From: Antedon mediterranea
Taxonomy: Eukaryota > Animalia > Echinodermata
DNA: 64,000 nt
Assembly (NCBI RefSeq): GCF_964355755.1
Contig: NC_092672.1
Coordinates: 1,922,001 to 1,986,000, forward strand
Direction: 5' to 3'
The notes below the pieces were generated by a model. The model saw only the letters and a list, made by a program, of their open reading frames with translations. It did not search any database and was not told the origin of the DNA. The translations under genes and the position numbers were made by a program. This document shows, in pieces, positions 41,317 to 54,227 of this stretch (position 1 is its first letter; every line of letters starts with the position of its first letter).

Positions 41317-42432
41317 ATCTAGGGAATAACTTTAAAAACGGAGAGGAGGTCGGCTTGATATGAATACAGCTTGTGGGTCCTTCCAACTTCCATTTTTGAT
41401 ATCTCTTATATTAACATCTGTAAAACAAGTATTTAGTTTCTATACCTAGTATCTAAAGAAACATTTTATATTTATTAAATGGATACCGGATCCAATTTAC
41501 GTTTCACACATTTGAAAACCCAGATCCATGTAAAGGTAAAACATTCGTTTAAAATGATTCTCAAAATAATACCACCTTTCTACAAAGGTTGTTATTTCCA
41601 ATTACATGAGTGGGGTCCATTACATATCGTCTGTTGAGAAGGTTTGAACCTGATACGCTGTTAATTTCACGTTCACCGAATAGATTCCGACCGGTTATTA
41701 TTTCAAAACAAATTACAGTGGAATTTTTTTTTTTTTTATGACAATCATTTAATAGAGAATCTCAAATGAAGCGATATGGATATTTAAAATGAGGACGAGC
41801 AGTTTTGATGATTTCACTGCTTGCATAGGATATAATAACTTCATTCTTTATAATGCACACGCTTGTCGGACATATGATACGGTAAGCAACAACCAATCAG
41901 CTGCCGACTTATCATACTTGATAATTGTGCATGTTGGTTTTGTAAGGTGATCCCAGACAACCATGGTTTTGAGAGAATTCAAATACAGAATCCTTTGTGC
42001 AGAGTCATGGCAACAGCGGTGTTGCTGGCACTGAAAACAACGCCAGCTTACGTCAATACACTAAAACAGTACCATTTAAAATAATACATATTTCACAACT
42101 AACGCACGGCTAATAGGTCGAACTAGTAAACAGAAAACATTTAATTAAAAACAGCTAACATTAGTTTAGCACTGAACATACTATAAAAATAAACTGATAG
42201 AAAAGGATCTGATAGAAATTGATAAAAACTATTCCTAAATTTAATTGTATTAAAAAAAATTTATTTCTAAATATTATTAATACCAATTACAACTACATAA
42301 TACCAATGATATTTCTAATTGGTTATTCAAATTGTTTAGTCTCCTCATTTGCATAAAACGTGCTATAAACAAATTTGTTTATTTCTTCATGTTTAAAATT
42401 GTTTTAGATCTAAAAAACAATCTTTCTCTTAC

Positions 42433-42525
42433 CTTTCCGTATTGGCAGAAATATTTCTTCATGTCTTCTGCCGTCGTTGATGTTGATAATCCACCGACAA
42501 ATATTTTCTTTGTCCTTGTTATTGG
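42433..42525 (-). CDS. msi: Musashi-family RNA-binding protein, internal 93-bp exon (start of RRM2, contains RNP2)
   Basis: Reverse complement reads tttttcag|CCA ATA ACA AGG ACA AAG AAA ATA TTT GTC GGT GGA TTA...GGA AAG|gtaag, i.e. [31 protein letters not shown]. This matches Musashi (M)[26 protein letters not shown]. Phase 0/0; length as recalled for vertebrate MSI1/2 exon 6. Confidence 0.96.
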
Positions 42526-44367
42526 CTGAAAAATATAATTTAAAAAAATGCTTAAAATACATAGGCCTATACTCAGTACTGTATATAAACAAAATAATAA
42601 AAATCAATTTACTCAAAATAAAATATAGCACATAATCTATAAAATAATGAAATATTGTAATAGCGCAAAACATTTTGTGAAGGTTTTCATTAATACATGT
42701 GGCACATAGATATATTAGCATAATGTTATAATTTGAATATGACCTCATTTAAATGTATTACCATAATGACCAGACCTCATTTAAATATAATTACCATTTT
42801 GTCTTAGGTATTGGCTTAGTTCAGATTCCAAAATAAAATTTGTTAAATCGGTTTATCGTTTCATTTTTTGAAAAACTTAATTCAAATTTTTAAATGAGAT
42901 ATTATCCAGGCTATGATTACATTAGTATAGTATTATTTTAATAAATAACCACTTTTAAGTAAAATATGAAACATCATTTTATATTCATGATTATTCTAAT
43001 TAATATAGCTGGGTGGACAGACAATATATTCCATATTTTCAATTTTCCAGATCATAAAACAAGAAATTCACTCCTTCCAAACTCGCAATAAATTTTCATT
43101 TTTTATTTATCAAAGCATTCATATTAATAAACTACTGCTTAAAAATCAATCTTTAGGCAATTGCCTGTTAAAATTTACAAATAAACTAATCATTATATAA
43201 CATAAAGGGATATGAAAAATTGTATAGTATTTTATCAACAATGAATTGCTAAATCCGAAACCATCACTGACGTTCAAATAATAAAGGGATCAATAAAATG
43301 CCAATATATAATAATTTTTACTTTCATTCTACTACCTGAGTACAACAATACACCCATAAGGTCACGTCGCACTACAATAGGCTAAATTACCAAAAACTAT
43401 AAAACATTGCAATCTACGGATGAAACAGACACGCTGCGATAAAATTTGATAGGATCGTTATACGAACACTTAAATACCGGGCTGCATAACATTGAACTTG
43501 CGGTATCACATTTCATACGCTGATGAAGAATTTGAAGTCAGGTACATTTTACTAGCGCGGCCTTCTTTGTTAGTTTGCGTTCAAGCAACAATATTTTACA
43601 ATGGATTAGTTGGAGCAGAAAAAATGACAGGAACAACAGAGATTTGATATAAATATTTTTGCAGGTTCATCTAGAGACAAACAAGTTCCATTCTATTTGT
43701 CTGCTGATGCAAATAAATAATAAAAGCCCAAATTCATATAATTAATCCAAATCAATTGACATCAAACCTGCAAGTATTTTTATTAAATTCTAATACTTCC
43801 TTTTTAGTAAATTCTTTAATTTTGGATTTAATTGAGGTACCAGGTACAGTAGTAAACGGAGTAATTACAGATAATAAAGTGCTCTGATCTTTACAAAATA
43901 GCGCTATATAAATGTTGCATTATTATTATTAAAATATAATTATTTAATAATTAATAGAAATCTGTTCGGATGAGTTTTGTTATTTTCATACTTTTTTTCT
44001 TATTATTCAGACAATTAAAACTTCACATTGAAATAATTCTTCTGAAATTTAATAATTTATTATGGGGATGAAATGAGGACATCAAGGTTTTTTTTTTAAT
44101 ATGGATTACAATTAAGTTAATTTGATATTGATTGCGGTTAAAATGAGACAATTGTAATAAAAGAAACGGATTGTTGTAAAGACATGAGAGTGTAATGTTA
44201 GATTGTATGCACCTAGTCAGCAGACTATTATGTGATTTTAATAGTTGATATTAATGTGTATTATGTTCACAATGATCATTTAGTACTATGACAAGCAATA
44301 AGCTAAAAAAGATTGATGACATCATCAATGTACTGAATCTCCCACTAGATAGAATGTACTGGGTACT

Positions 44368-44630
44368 CAATGGGCGTGGAGGAGAAAGAAGTGGGTTTGA
44401 AGGAGAAAGGAGTGGCCATGGAAATATTGAAGGGGTGGGTCATTTAAAAAGGGGGAAAGGAAGATAGGGTGTGGAGGATATAGGGTGATAAGGAGATGGG
44501 GGGATGGTGAAATAGCGTGTGGGGAGAGGGGGGATGGGAAGATGGGAAGTGGGAACGGAGAGCGGGATGAAGAGATAGAGATGGGGACAGAGAGGATGTG
44601 AGAAAAAAAGAGAGAGGAGAATGGGAAGAT
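44368..44630 (+). repeat. G/A-rich low-complexity polypurine tract
   Basis: About 260 bp dominated by G and A with many GGG(G) runs; source of the Pro/Ser/Phe-rich ORFs on the minus strand. Confidence 0.9.
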
Positions 44631-45565
44631 AAGCTTTGCATACATTGTTGCCACCTACTCTAAAATTCTTTCTAATCTAGCTATATAATGATATACTGTC
44701 AATTTTTATTACTGCTAATATTACTGTGTATACTTTTGTAGTGTTACAAAGTAGTAAATTATCTAACCCTGTTAGAATGCAACAGATTTAGTAGACCCAA
44801 ATAATACCATTATAATGTTGCAATAGCATGACATTCAATATACATATCCAACCAAAACTTGAGTTAATATCTTTAACTTTTATACCTTCAGAAATATATC
44901 AAGAAAGTGTGGAAAAAGACAACAAATAGAAGCATGAATATAACTATGAAAGGAGTTGAACCTCAAATATTCATAAATGCAATAATGCAAAAATATATTT
45001 TAAAAAACTATATAGAGTTTTTTTGTTCAGTTATTATCATTCTACAGAGACCAGAGCTTGTCCACACACAATTGCTATAACGTTCACAAACATTGTAATC
45101 TGTCACAAGATAACGCATGCTGAGTACATACAGAATACAAGTATTAGCATTTTACAGCTTAATGTCTCGACACGCTATCCAAAAAAAAAAAAAAACATGA
45201 TATCATTGACAAGTTTTAATATATCTACATTAAAGTAATCATCATACCCGGCGTCGTAGCAGGAATATTTAATTTCTTTTTATTTTAGTGTAAACTCAGA
45301 AACAATCTGAACTAAACATGATGATGGTTGTGTATTGGAATGCTCCCACTTGAGGGCAGGGTTCATGAAATGTACCATTATCTGATAGGGGCGTTTCTTA
45401 AAATTGTATATATTCAAATTGTACTAGGCCAATGTTGGTTTCTCCAAGCTCGGCACGAAATAGACATTACAGTATATAAAACCACTCAATTTGAAGTATT
45501 TTTCAAATAAATAATTCAATATTAATAAAGTGACCTTTTTTGTGTTAAACTATTATACAGTAGTC

Positions 45566-45584
45566 TGATAATGTAGACAGAGCT
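45566..45584. mobile_element. MITE family A, solo right TIR
   Basis: tgataatgtagacagagct|tta. Confidence 0.55.
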
Positions 45585-47232
45585 TTACTCATAGGCCTTC
45601 TTTATCTTAACAAAAACCCTGGACTTAGTGCCAGTATTTAACCCGATAACAACAGAACATGATTTTATTAAATATATTGATTGGTACTGGTACTTTTAGT
45701 ATTTATTGTTTATGGTAATGTGGTAACATTATACCTGAACAATTCTTAAATGTGGGTAGTATGGCAATTTGGCGATAATCCAGATTAAAATCCTGTTTAA
45801 AGACCGGAATATTGGGCAGGATTTCCATATTATCCAACTGAGAATATTGACTGTTTTTTCTACCAGAAATTGTTGTAATCTCCTGCTGGATATCGCCGGA
45901 TCCCAGTGATTTTCGTAAAGGTGTAGGCTTACTTTATAAAGAGTTGATTTTACTCATATTGTTTGTTTCAAAACATGGCTCACACTAAACCAATTTAGTT
46001 CTCATTAATATGATTGGTTCAAGTCAGATCACTCGTGAATAAAACCTTGATGTTAAAAATTAATGTTTGAGATCTCACATTAATGTTTCTAATATCCATT
46101 GTTCACGCTGTTCTCGTCCTTATAACCTTGGATCACGCCTCACGTATCAAGGGCATAAGTTCAAGTCCAACACTATTCTCATACCCTTGGACTATAGCCA
46201 CTTTGTCTATTGTTACTTAACAGCCTACCTGGGATATTCTAATACTAAATACGTTGATTAGTTTATTGCTGTAACTTTATAAAATACACCTCTAGGGAGC
46301 CATGTATTTTATAGATATTTGTTGATGATACTGCTAATTATATGATAACCTGAAGGCTGAATGCCTACTTATATGTTCTAGGTAATATTGCCATCAATAA
46401 TTATGACTTTACTATGCTAAACTTATTGATATTACTATCACTTCTTACTTCTTCTTATATTTATATTATTTAATATATTTATTTCATCAAGTAATAAACC
46501 CATATTGGCTCATTTCTCTAGCTTTTTATAATTTTTCATAGCAGCATCACCTTTCTGTTATTCCTCCCACAGATATGATTTTCATTTTTAATAACATTGA
46601 ATTTTATATAGTGAGATTAATATGAAGCGACGAATTAAATTCTAGTTACTTAACTGCTATGTTATCAATGTAAACTTGTAGATATGAAATGTACAGTACA
46701 GTATGTTAAATAATAAACGTTTGTAATTAGTATTAAACCGATACATATGGTGACACAACAAGCATTTCTTTCACACATTTCGACATATATAATTAAAATC
46801 TATTTTAAAATAACATAAACATAGTATTTTGATTGTTCAATATACTATTAGTATGATATTTTTAATGATATATGTTGTGAGCCCTTGATTGTAAATCTAT
46901 CAAGCTAGCAGATGTGCGGTAAACATCGTAATTCTCCCGAGATGAAACCAAACCTCATCTTTATAAAGAGGATGCCTAATAAAAACTATGATAAACCTTG
47001 CGCTGGATAAAACCATGGTAGATCAGATGAAAGCCGGTTTGATTGCCAACGAGTGATAATGCGCACTGAATCGTGACAACCACTCATCCTCACGAGAGTT
47101 CTAAGTAAAAGTATGTGCACAAGGAATTCACATATCTGTGTGCACGTCACACACAATTTATGCAAAACATACATGAATAATATTTATATTAAAACAATAC
47201 TATGAAAATAGATGAATTAACAGTCTGTCTTA

Positions 47233-47387
47233 AGCTCTGTCTATACTATCAAACTGTATGCGACAACAAAATGTGATGTGCCCATATATGGACATGATGA
47301 TGTCATATCACTACCATATTTGGGTGTATCACTACCATATTTAGGCATCACATTTATTTTGTCTAGTTTGATAGTGTAGACAGAGCT
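47233..47387. mobile_element. MITE family A, complete copy
   Basis: tta|AGCTCTGTCTATACTATCAAACT...AGTTTGATAGTGTAGACAGAGCT. Confidence 0.88.
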
Positions 47388-47448
47388 AAACAGTATAAAC
47401 AAACTTATTATTATTCAACATGTTTGCAGATCTGTGCATGTTTTGACA

Positions 47449-47493
47449 AGCTTGGGTTTTTCCAGCTTGGGTTTTTCCAGCTTGGGTTTTTCC
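47449..47493. repeat. Tandem repeat, 3 x 15 bp
   Basis: (agcttgggtttttcc)3. Confidence 0.92.
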
Positions 47494-47915
47494 CATTTTA
47501 ACAACCTCTATCTGAATTCTAGGATGAAACGTACCGCAGTGGAAGATCTAGAATTTTGCAGTATGGTTGGAGTGTTAGGAGTGGTTGGAAGGGCCTAAAA
47601 TTGTTGTTAAAACAAGGTGTTGAACTAATGTCTCTATTTTTTGGCATTGAAATTTAGAAGGTTGGAAAAGCCTGGTACAGTTAGAACCTAGATACCAGGT
47701 AAACAATACTATGGGTAATATAATAATGCTAAAAATTTATGGAACGGAATTTCTAAAAATATGTGAAAGTTTACTAGGCAAAATAAAGCTTTATTGAAAT
47801 ATTAAATTTCTCAAGTGGATGTGAACGTATTCGTCAACAACCAGCACCTTTATAAAGACCTAATTACCAATGCTAAAAACAGACAGAATAAAAGATGACA
47901 GTTGGTATAGTGTTA

Positions 47916-48257
47916 AGCTCTGTCTACACTATCAAACCAGTTTGACAAAAAATGTGTGATGTGTTTAAATATGGTAGGTATATTCCCAAATATGGTAGTG
48001 ATATCACATCACATCATTGCGTCCATATATAGGGCACATCACATTTTTTGGTGGTATATTATATCATGAAAATAAACAATAAATCTCATTGTTTATCTTT
48101 TCACAAACCTTTTGGGTTTTCAACTTTGGTCTATAACAAACTTTACGCAACAAAAAGAAATGTGCCCATATATGGACATGATGATGTCATATCACAACCA
48201 TATTTTGATATATTACTGCCATATTTGGGCACATCACACTTTTTTGTCAAACTAGTT
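47916..48257. mobile_element. Two partial MITE family A copies in opposite orientation (about 47916-48050 and 48135-48257)
   Basis: First copy reads agtttgacaaaaaa...aaatatggtagtgatat...gtccatatatagggcac; second reads gtgcccatatatggac...ccatatttgggc...tttgtcaaactagttt. Confidence 0.82.
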
Positions 48258-49875
48258 TTTAATATTATTATTTTGTTTCAGAATGTGGCAATTTATTGGG
48301 AATTGTAAAAGCAAGTTTTGCAATAAACCATGTTTCCAAAAGAAAATAAACTAAATTGAAAATATTGACACATTTCTAAATGATTGTAATTTTTTATTTA
48401 AATTCAACTTTTTGTAGAAATAAATAAAATCAAATATGAATTGAATTTAATCAAATTTACTTCGTTGTTTAGCTGTGTTACTAATTTCTTACAAGTTTTA
48501 ATTTTTAAATGTAAAAAAGGCCACGCTATAAATATATACCAGTACCTATTTTCAATTGAACAATACTGTAACTTGGCCTATAACATTATGTGATGTCATA
48601 AGATGAAATGTGTGATGTCATCAATCTGTGTGGTTCACTAGAGGGTATACACAAAGGCCTAATACTATTGCTTATTCATGGCTCCAAAGGGACACAAAAA
48701 CCATCTGAAATTAAGCTCATCAATAAGCTAGCCCACTTGGGCTTAAGGTTACTGAATATAATAGTACAACTAGACCAGCAGACAGGTGGAGTTAATAGCT
48801 GTGTTGATTACTGACTTGTACTACAACTACACACAAGCCTAGCTTACTTACAACAAGCTAAATCCATAATCATAAAATAAATTGATGTTTCTAATAAACT
48901 GATTTGCCTTGTTGCAAATCCTTTATTGTTCAAGTTGTTGGTAATGTAGCTAAAAACATTCTGTAACAATATAGTTTAAATTGAGTGCCAGATGGTGCTA
49001 TCTTTCTAACATTAGGTCTATCATCACATACTATACTGTACAAAACTCAGAAGATTTTCCTTTTTCTATTATTTTTCAGCGATATCTTCTTGAAAAGTTA
49101 AAATTATTTTACTTATTAAATAGACCTACACTTATAAATTGTAAGTGTAGGTCAATTTTAACTTTTAATGCAGATTTGTACAGAATAACCAATGTTTTCG
49201 TATATTATAATGTTTGTTTTATCGAGTCCTTTTACTAAAACTGGATACCCCCACCCCCTTCAATAAAGATGGTATTAAATAAAGGTGTATTCAAGTAAGG
49301 TCAAATCAATTTTTAATAATTCATTAAAATTTACATTACAGTACATAATAAAAATGTGTATTTAATGCTATATAGTTATATAATGCTTCCCATAGAAATA
49401 CTATACAATGTAACAAATATTATGAACTATAACAATATAAATTCCCTTGTAAAATGCATAGCAAATTGATATAATGCATATGCAGTATTATATTAAATTA
49501 TTATTACTCGTAATACATAATAAAAATTGTGGAATTGGTAAAAAATATATGAATTTTCAATCGATAAAATAGATTTAGTTTTCAAGGTTTTTGTAATTAT
49601 ATTTTGTTTATATTCTGCTTGAGTGTATCTCTTTAATTTGTATGTTGATCAGGGATCAATTTATTTTAGTGTTTTCTGTATGTTTAAGCCTTGGGGGTTG
49701 AAATGAGTAAACAAATTATAAAGTGCTTGCCTTCCAATCCCAAGGTCCAGGGTTCAATGCTGACATTTATCACAAATGTTATAACCAGGGTGAGCCACAC
49801 ATGACCATTGCATGTGTAAATGTTAAAGTGTGAATGGGCACTTAGTGTAACTCACTGTTTCTACTCATTCCCTAA

Positions 49876-49996
49876 AACTCTGGCTACACTATCAACCTAT
49901 TTTGACGATGTGCTCAAATATGGTAGTGATATGATGTCATCATGTCTATATATGGGCACATTTTTTCCCATAAAGTTTCATAGTGTAGACAGAGCT
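49876..49996. mobile_element. MITE family A, internally deleted copy
   Basis: taa|AACTCTGGCTACACTATCAA...ATAGTGTAGACAGAGCT|tta. Confidence 0.82.
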
Positions 49997-50140
49997 TTAG
50001 CCTGAAATGAGACTTAGTTTATATGCATCAACTAGTTTATCCATTCTGTTATTGGTGAGTTACTGGATATTTTGAAATAAAAACATAAAAAGTTACAATT
50101 TTTTTTTTTTTTCCACGATTTTCCAGTTTATCAGGATATA

Positions 50141-50807
50141 CCGTACTGACGCGGGTATAAGCCCACCCCCCTCAAACATGAAATCACGTCAAGTTTGGGG
50201 GGTGGGCTTATACCCGAGGATCCAAAAATGCAGATCGTCAAAAACAGCCCATGTACACTGTGTATTCCACCATGCGAGCGAGCGCCCTCACGTGTACGAC
50301 AATGCCTCTAAATACACGAGGTGTAGAGTGTCGGAAAATTAAGCTTATAGTTTGTGTAATTTATCGTAGAATATCTTATTTTAAACATCAATTGAACAAG
50401 AATTTATCAAGCACAAAAGCAAGTATACAATGTTCGTTAAATAGAAATGTACCAAAGAAATTTACTAAGCTTGTTTATGGCAGCCGATACCAAATAGTGG
50501 TTTTCCGTTTTGGCGACTTGTAGCGTCGTGTGTGAAGCGATCTTTGTCCGCGATGGAGTGTAAACAAAACAGGACCGCTAGGTCTCATATGGCCTAGCGT
50601 ATATTAGCCTAGCTTGGTTATGATCAAAGGTAGGTGTATTCGGTGTATGGACGTCGCCAAATACAAAATAATGTATTACGACACACACTGTAGATCTTCG
50701 AATTAATGGGTGGGCTTATACCCGAGTGCCTCATTTTTCATGAAAATTAGTCAAAAGTCAGGGGTGGGCTTATACCCGAGTATGGGCTTATACCCGCGTC
50801 AGTACGG
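50141..50807. mobile_element. Non-autonomous DNA transposon, family C (Tc1/mariner superfamily, CCGTA-ended Tc2/pogo type), 667 bp
   Basis: TA|CCGTACTGACGCGGGTATAAGCCCA...TGGGCTTATACCCGCGTCAGTACGG|TA (25-bp perfect TIR, TA TSD); subterminal GTGGGCTTATACCCG repeats near 50203, 50710 and 50764. Confidence 0.92.
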
Positions 50808-52058
50808 TACTTGGGAATAAATGTGAATATCTTTGTTAAAAAAATTTCCTCCCCTCACTTTATGATTGATTTGTACATACATTATCAAATCCATGTTACA
50901 TAAATGGCATTCATACTTTGTAGCAGCAAACTGAAACAAACATAATGGCAGCCAACATTTGCCTTCCCCGTTAATGCATTCGTTAGCGAACGAGCAAACA
51001 AGCAAAAATTATGTTTACGACAAGCGTGCATTGCGATGCGAACATGTACAACAAACAGGACCAACTGTCATTCACGGTATTACAGCGAGAAGTAACGATA
51101 ATGTACGATATAGTTGACAGCTCGTTTGTAGCATCTGTTATAATGGAGGAAATAATAATAATTATTATATAATACAAGTTAAAAATAATTTATACAAACC
51201 AGATGAATAGAATAAAAACAAGACAAAACTTTTTAAACGAAATGATTTCTTCAATTTATAAAGCAAGTTTCAAATTTGATTTATAATTTAAAAAAAAGTT
51301 AAAATAATGAATGCAAACTTGTGACAGCCACCTAAAGGTGATAGGGTCTACTTGTAACGTCTTTGAAAATTGTAAATAATTTTATTAGTAAACATTTATT
51401 TCCACCATATCCAGCAGCAAATAACTATTACAGGATGGAACAATACATCAGGCTTATAAACTCATTTGAGGCTTAGAGCAAAAATAGAAACAGTCGTGAA
51501 TTGAACCCAGGACCTTAGGATTAGAAGACCAATGTTAACCACCTGGAAGCTCCACTACAATAGAACTTTTGAATTTTTGTTATATGGGCATGCGATATTA
51601 TATAAGATATAATCCAAGTGAGTAAAATGCAGAATAGATATCCTAAGATAAAATAACGGCAATATTAGGTATATCTCTAGGTAACGAACAGGAAGCTACT
51701 GTCAAAGATCGATGGCAATTTTGATCTACACGATATTAGGAAATGGAACGCATGATAAACGAGCTCGTCACAAATGCCGTAATGTCAACGATAGAAGAGT
51801 GAAAATCTAACACACACAGACATTTGTCTATCACTCTTTAAGGTCTTGTTTTTCTGGGAGATCTTTGTGATATTAAGCTTAGAATTGGTGCTACAAATGG
51901 TAGTTAAAGATCAGTTACTGGAGATTACAAAGGCTTCTTAGTGAGGAGTTAAACTGATCTCAAAGGCCTTAAAATACTCTTTTAGAAAGTTCTGTAGGCC
52001 TACAGTTATATCACACAGCTGAATACCACTTGTTTTTTAGTCAGTTTTCAGAATCTAA

Positions 52059-52196
52059 AGCTCTGTCTACACTATCAAAATGTATGTGACCAACAAATGT
52101 GATGCACCCATATATTGGACATGATATGTCATAATATCACTACCATATACTTATACACTTTTTTTGTCAAAGTAGTTTGATAGTGTAGACAGAGCT
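52059..52196. mobile_element. MITE family A, complete copy
   Basis: taa|AGCTCTGTCTACACTATCAAA...AGTTTGATAGTGTAGACAGAGCT. Confidence 0.87.
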
Positions 52197-52371
52197 TATA
52201 GTGAAAAAATTTAAATTACATGATGCTTGAAACGTGCAACATGTTGAACGTTGGGCAAACAGACACGTGTTGAGGTCAGGGGATTGAAATCAATATATTG
52301 ATTCGTTACACGCTGGTATTGATTGGTCTTTACAACGCAACACTTGTTACCATTATCCACACATTAGTTTA

Positions 52372-52525
52372 AGCTCTGTCTGCACTATCAAACTAGTTTG
52401 ACAAAAAAAGTGTGATGTGCCCCAATAGGATAGTGATATGCTTAAATGTAGTGATATGACATCATCATGTCCATACACACATCACATTTTGTTGTCACAT
52501 AAAATTTGATGGTGTAGGCAGAGCT
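52372..52525. mobile_element. MITE family A, complete copy, opposite orientation to 52059-52196
   Basis: tta|AGCTCTGTCTGCACTATCAAACT...TTTGATGGTGTAGGCAGAGCT|tta. Confidence 0.87.
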
Positions 52526-53264
52526 TTAGAGCTTCTACAACATGTTTACATATAACAGGCTATCATCACCTTTTAGCATTTGAATATTATCGCTATCCGG
52601 TTCTTTTTGTGGTTTTGTCCTTTATGATGTCAACACTGGAACACATTGTTTCAATTTTTCGATTCTATTATACAACTTTATAAAAATGCTTTATAGTATA
52701 AAAATGGAAATCGTCGCTTTTCAACTCAACAATAGGCACATATTTACTTACTGTTATACATCATAAGCTGTGGTTACTTAGGGTTATGGACATTCTAACC
52801 ATTATTACTGGTAAAAATGGCAAATTCTGGGAAGAACATGGCAACATTTATAATGGAAGAACACTATCCACTAATTCTATCTCTCGCCTAATATGGCAAT
52901 ATCGGGGACGGTAGATTAAATGCCTAGAAGCCAATGTACAGCGATCATTCTTCACAATAAGCATTAGTATCATATGAGATTGTGAGTGATTTTTCAGTAA
53001 TTTCTTCAGACATAACTTATCTTTAAAACCCTTCCCTAAACTCTGAATCCTTTTAAAAGCAGTTCTTTTATCTTCTTAAAAGAAACATGACAATGAACCC
53101 ATACTTTTGATTTCGCTTTTGGTTATGCAAGATTTGCATTTAAAGTCTACGTCGATTCTAATCAAACAGTCGTAGGCATAAAAATCCTCTGCTACTTCAT
53201 TTCCGTATATGATTGGTTAAAAGGAATGGTAGACGAATCATAACCCCAATACCAAATGATTTTT

Positions 53265-53338
53265 CATATTTGGGCATATCACTACCATATTTAGGCAAAC
53301 TTTTCTGGTCAAACTAGTTTGTTAGTGTAGACAGAGCT
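53265..53338. mobile_element. MITE family A, right half
   Basis: catatttgggcatatcactaccatatt...gtcaaactagtttgttagtgtagacagagct. Confidence 0.8.
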
Positions 53339-53947
53339 TAGAGAGAGTGGAAATATAACTATGTATAACAATAAAATCATACAATAACAAATCTAAAATA
53401 TAAAAAAAACTTAACCATAATATTAAATGATTGATAATACTAAAGATTCAACATTATCCCTACAGAAAATTTAAATTGTATATTTAAACTCTCAAATTCA
53501 GATATTTATACAATAAATTAATATCTGTCATTTATAAAAAGTAATTCTCTTTGTTTTATTGATACATAAACTTGACTAGAAAAGCCACGATGACTACAGT
53601 ATTTATTAAATGTTCTTACACACAAAATGGAATAAATTTTATTACTAGATTTAAGAATTATTCGTTATTGGAAATTGAAAGAACGTATCAGGAAAATAAT
53701 AAAATGTAAAAATTGAATAGTATAACAGGTTTCTGATATGTGTAATAAAAGCTAAAGCTGTTAACCGCTATTATGAATAAACAAATTGTACTATAAAATA
53801 TTATAGTTTGAATAAAATGTTATATGGATAAAATCATCAAACTTATGTCTACTGATGAAGGGAATTAGTAAAAAAATTTAAGTATTTCTTTTTCTCTTTC
53901 CATTTCAAATGTGGACTAAAAACCTCCTTTAAATATAATTTCAGCAT

Positions 53948-54082
53948 GGGGCCATAGCATCCAGTATGGTTGGTAAGGTTTCGACCTGCTGACCACTTTT
54001 TCACAGAGGTCTTTGACAACCCAGTGGCTTGAACAAAGATTGTTCTTGCGACAATCGTACCGCTTTATTTCTTGTGGCTACA
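53948..54082. mobile_element. Family E, copy 3
   Basis: ggggccatagcatccagtatggttggtaaggtttcgacctg...gaggtctttgacaacccagtggcttgaaca...tttatttcttgtggctaca. Confidence 0.75.
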
Positions 54083-54227
54083 TGACTATTGGGCCATTCC
54101 TATTCAGGGGACACCTGAATAAAGGGGACACGTTCCAGCGAAACAAATGATGGGCAATGCACGGTACATATTTTAACACAGCTGTTAACTCATATACATC
54201 TCTATTATTAACAGACACTTAATTGGG

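Larger units (their letters stand above)
10138..42432 (-). other. GT-AG intron of the Musashi gene, 32,295 bp, phase 0
   Basis: Donor gtaag at 42432-42428 and acceptor cag at 10140-10138 join two consecutive RRM2 peptides with no missing residue. Confidence 0.9.

Noticed and set aside
41322-41420. Good minus-strand acceptor (ttttacag) 1 kb after the 93-bp exon, as an alternative terminal exon
   Set aside because: In-frame reading stops after three codons (MLI*); such acceptors are common by chance and there is no other support.
42332-42748. ORF-track ORFs 42410-42748 (-) and 42332-42529 (+)
   Set aside because: Wrong-frame and antisense shadows of the true Musashi exon at 42433-42525.
44367-44654. 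Pro/Ser-rich ORFs
   Set aside because: Artefacts of the polypurine low-complexity tract.
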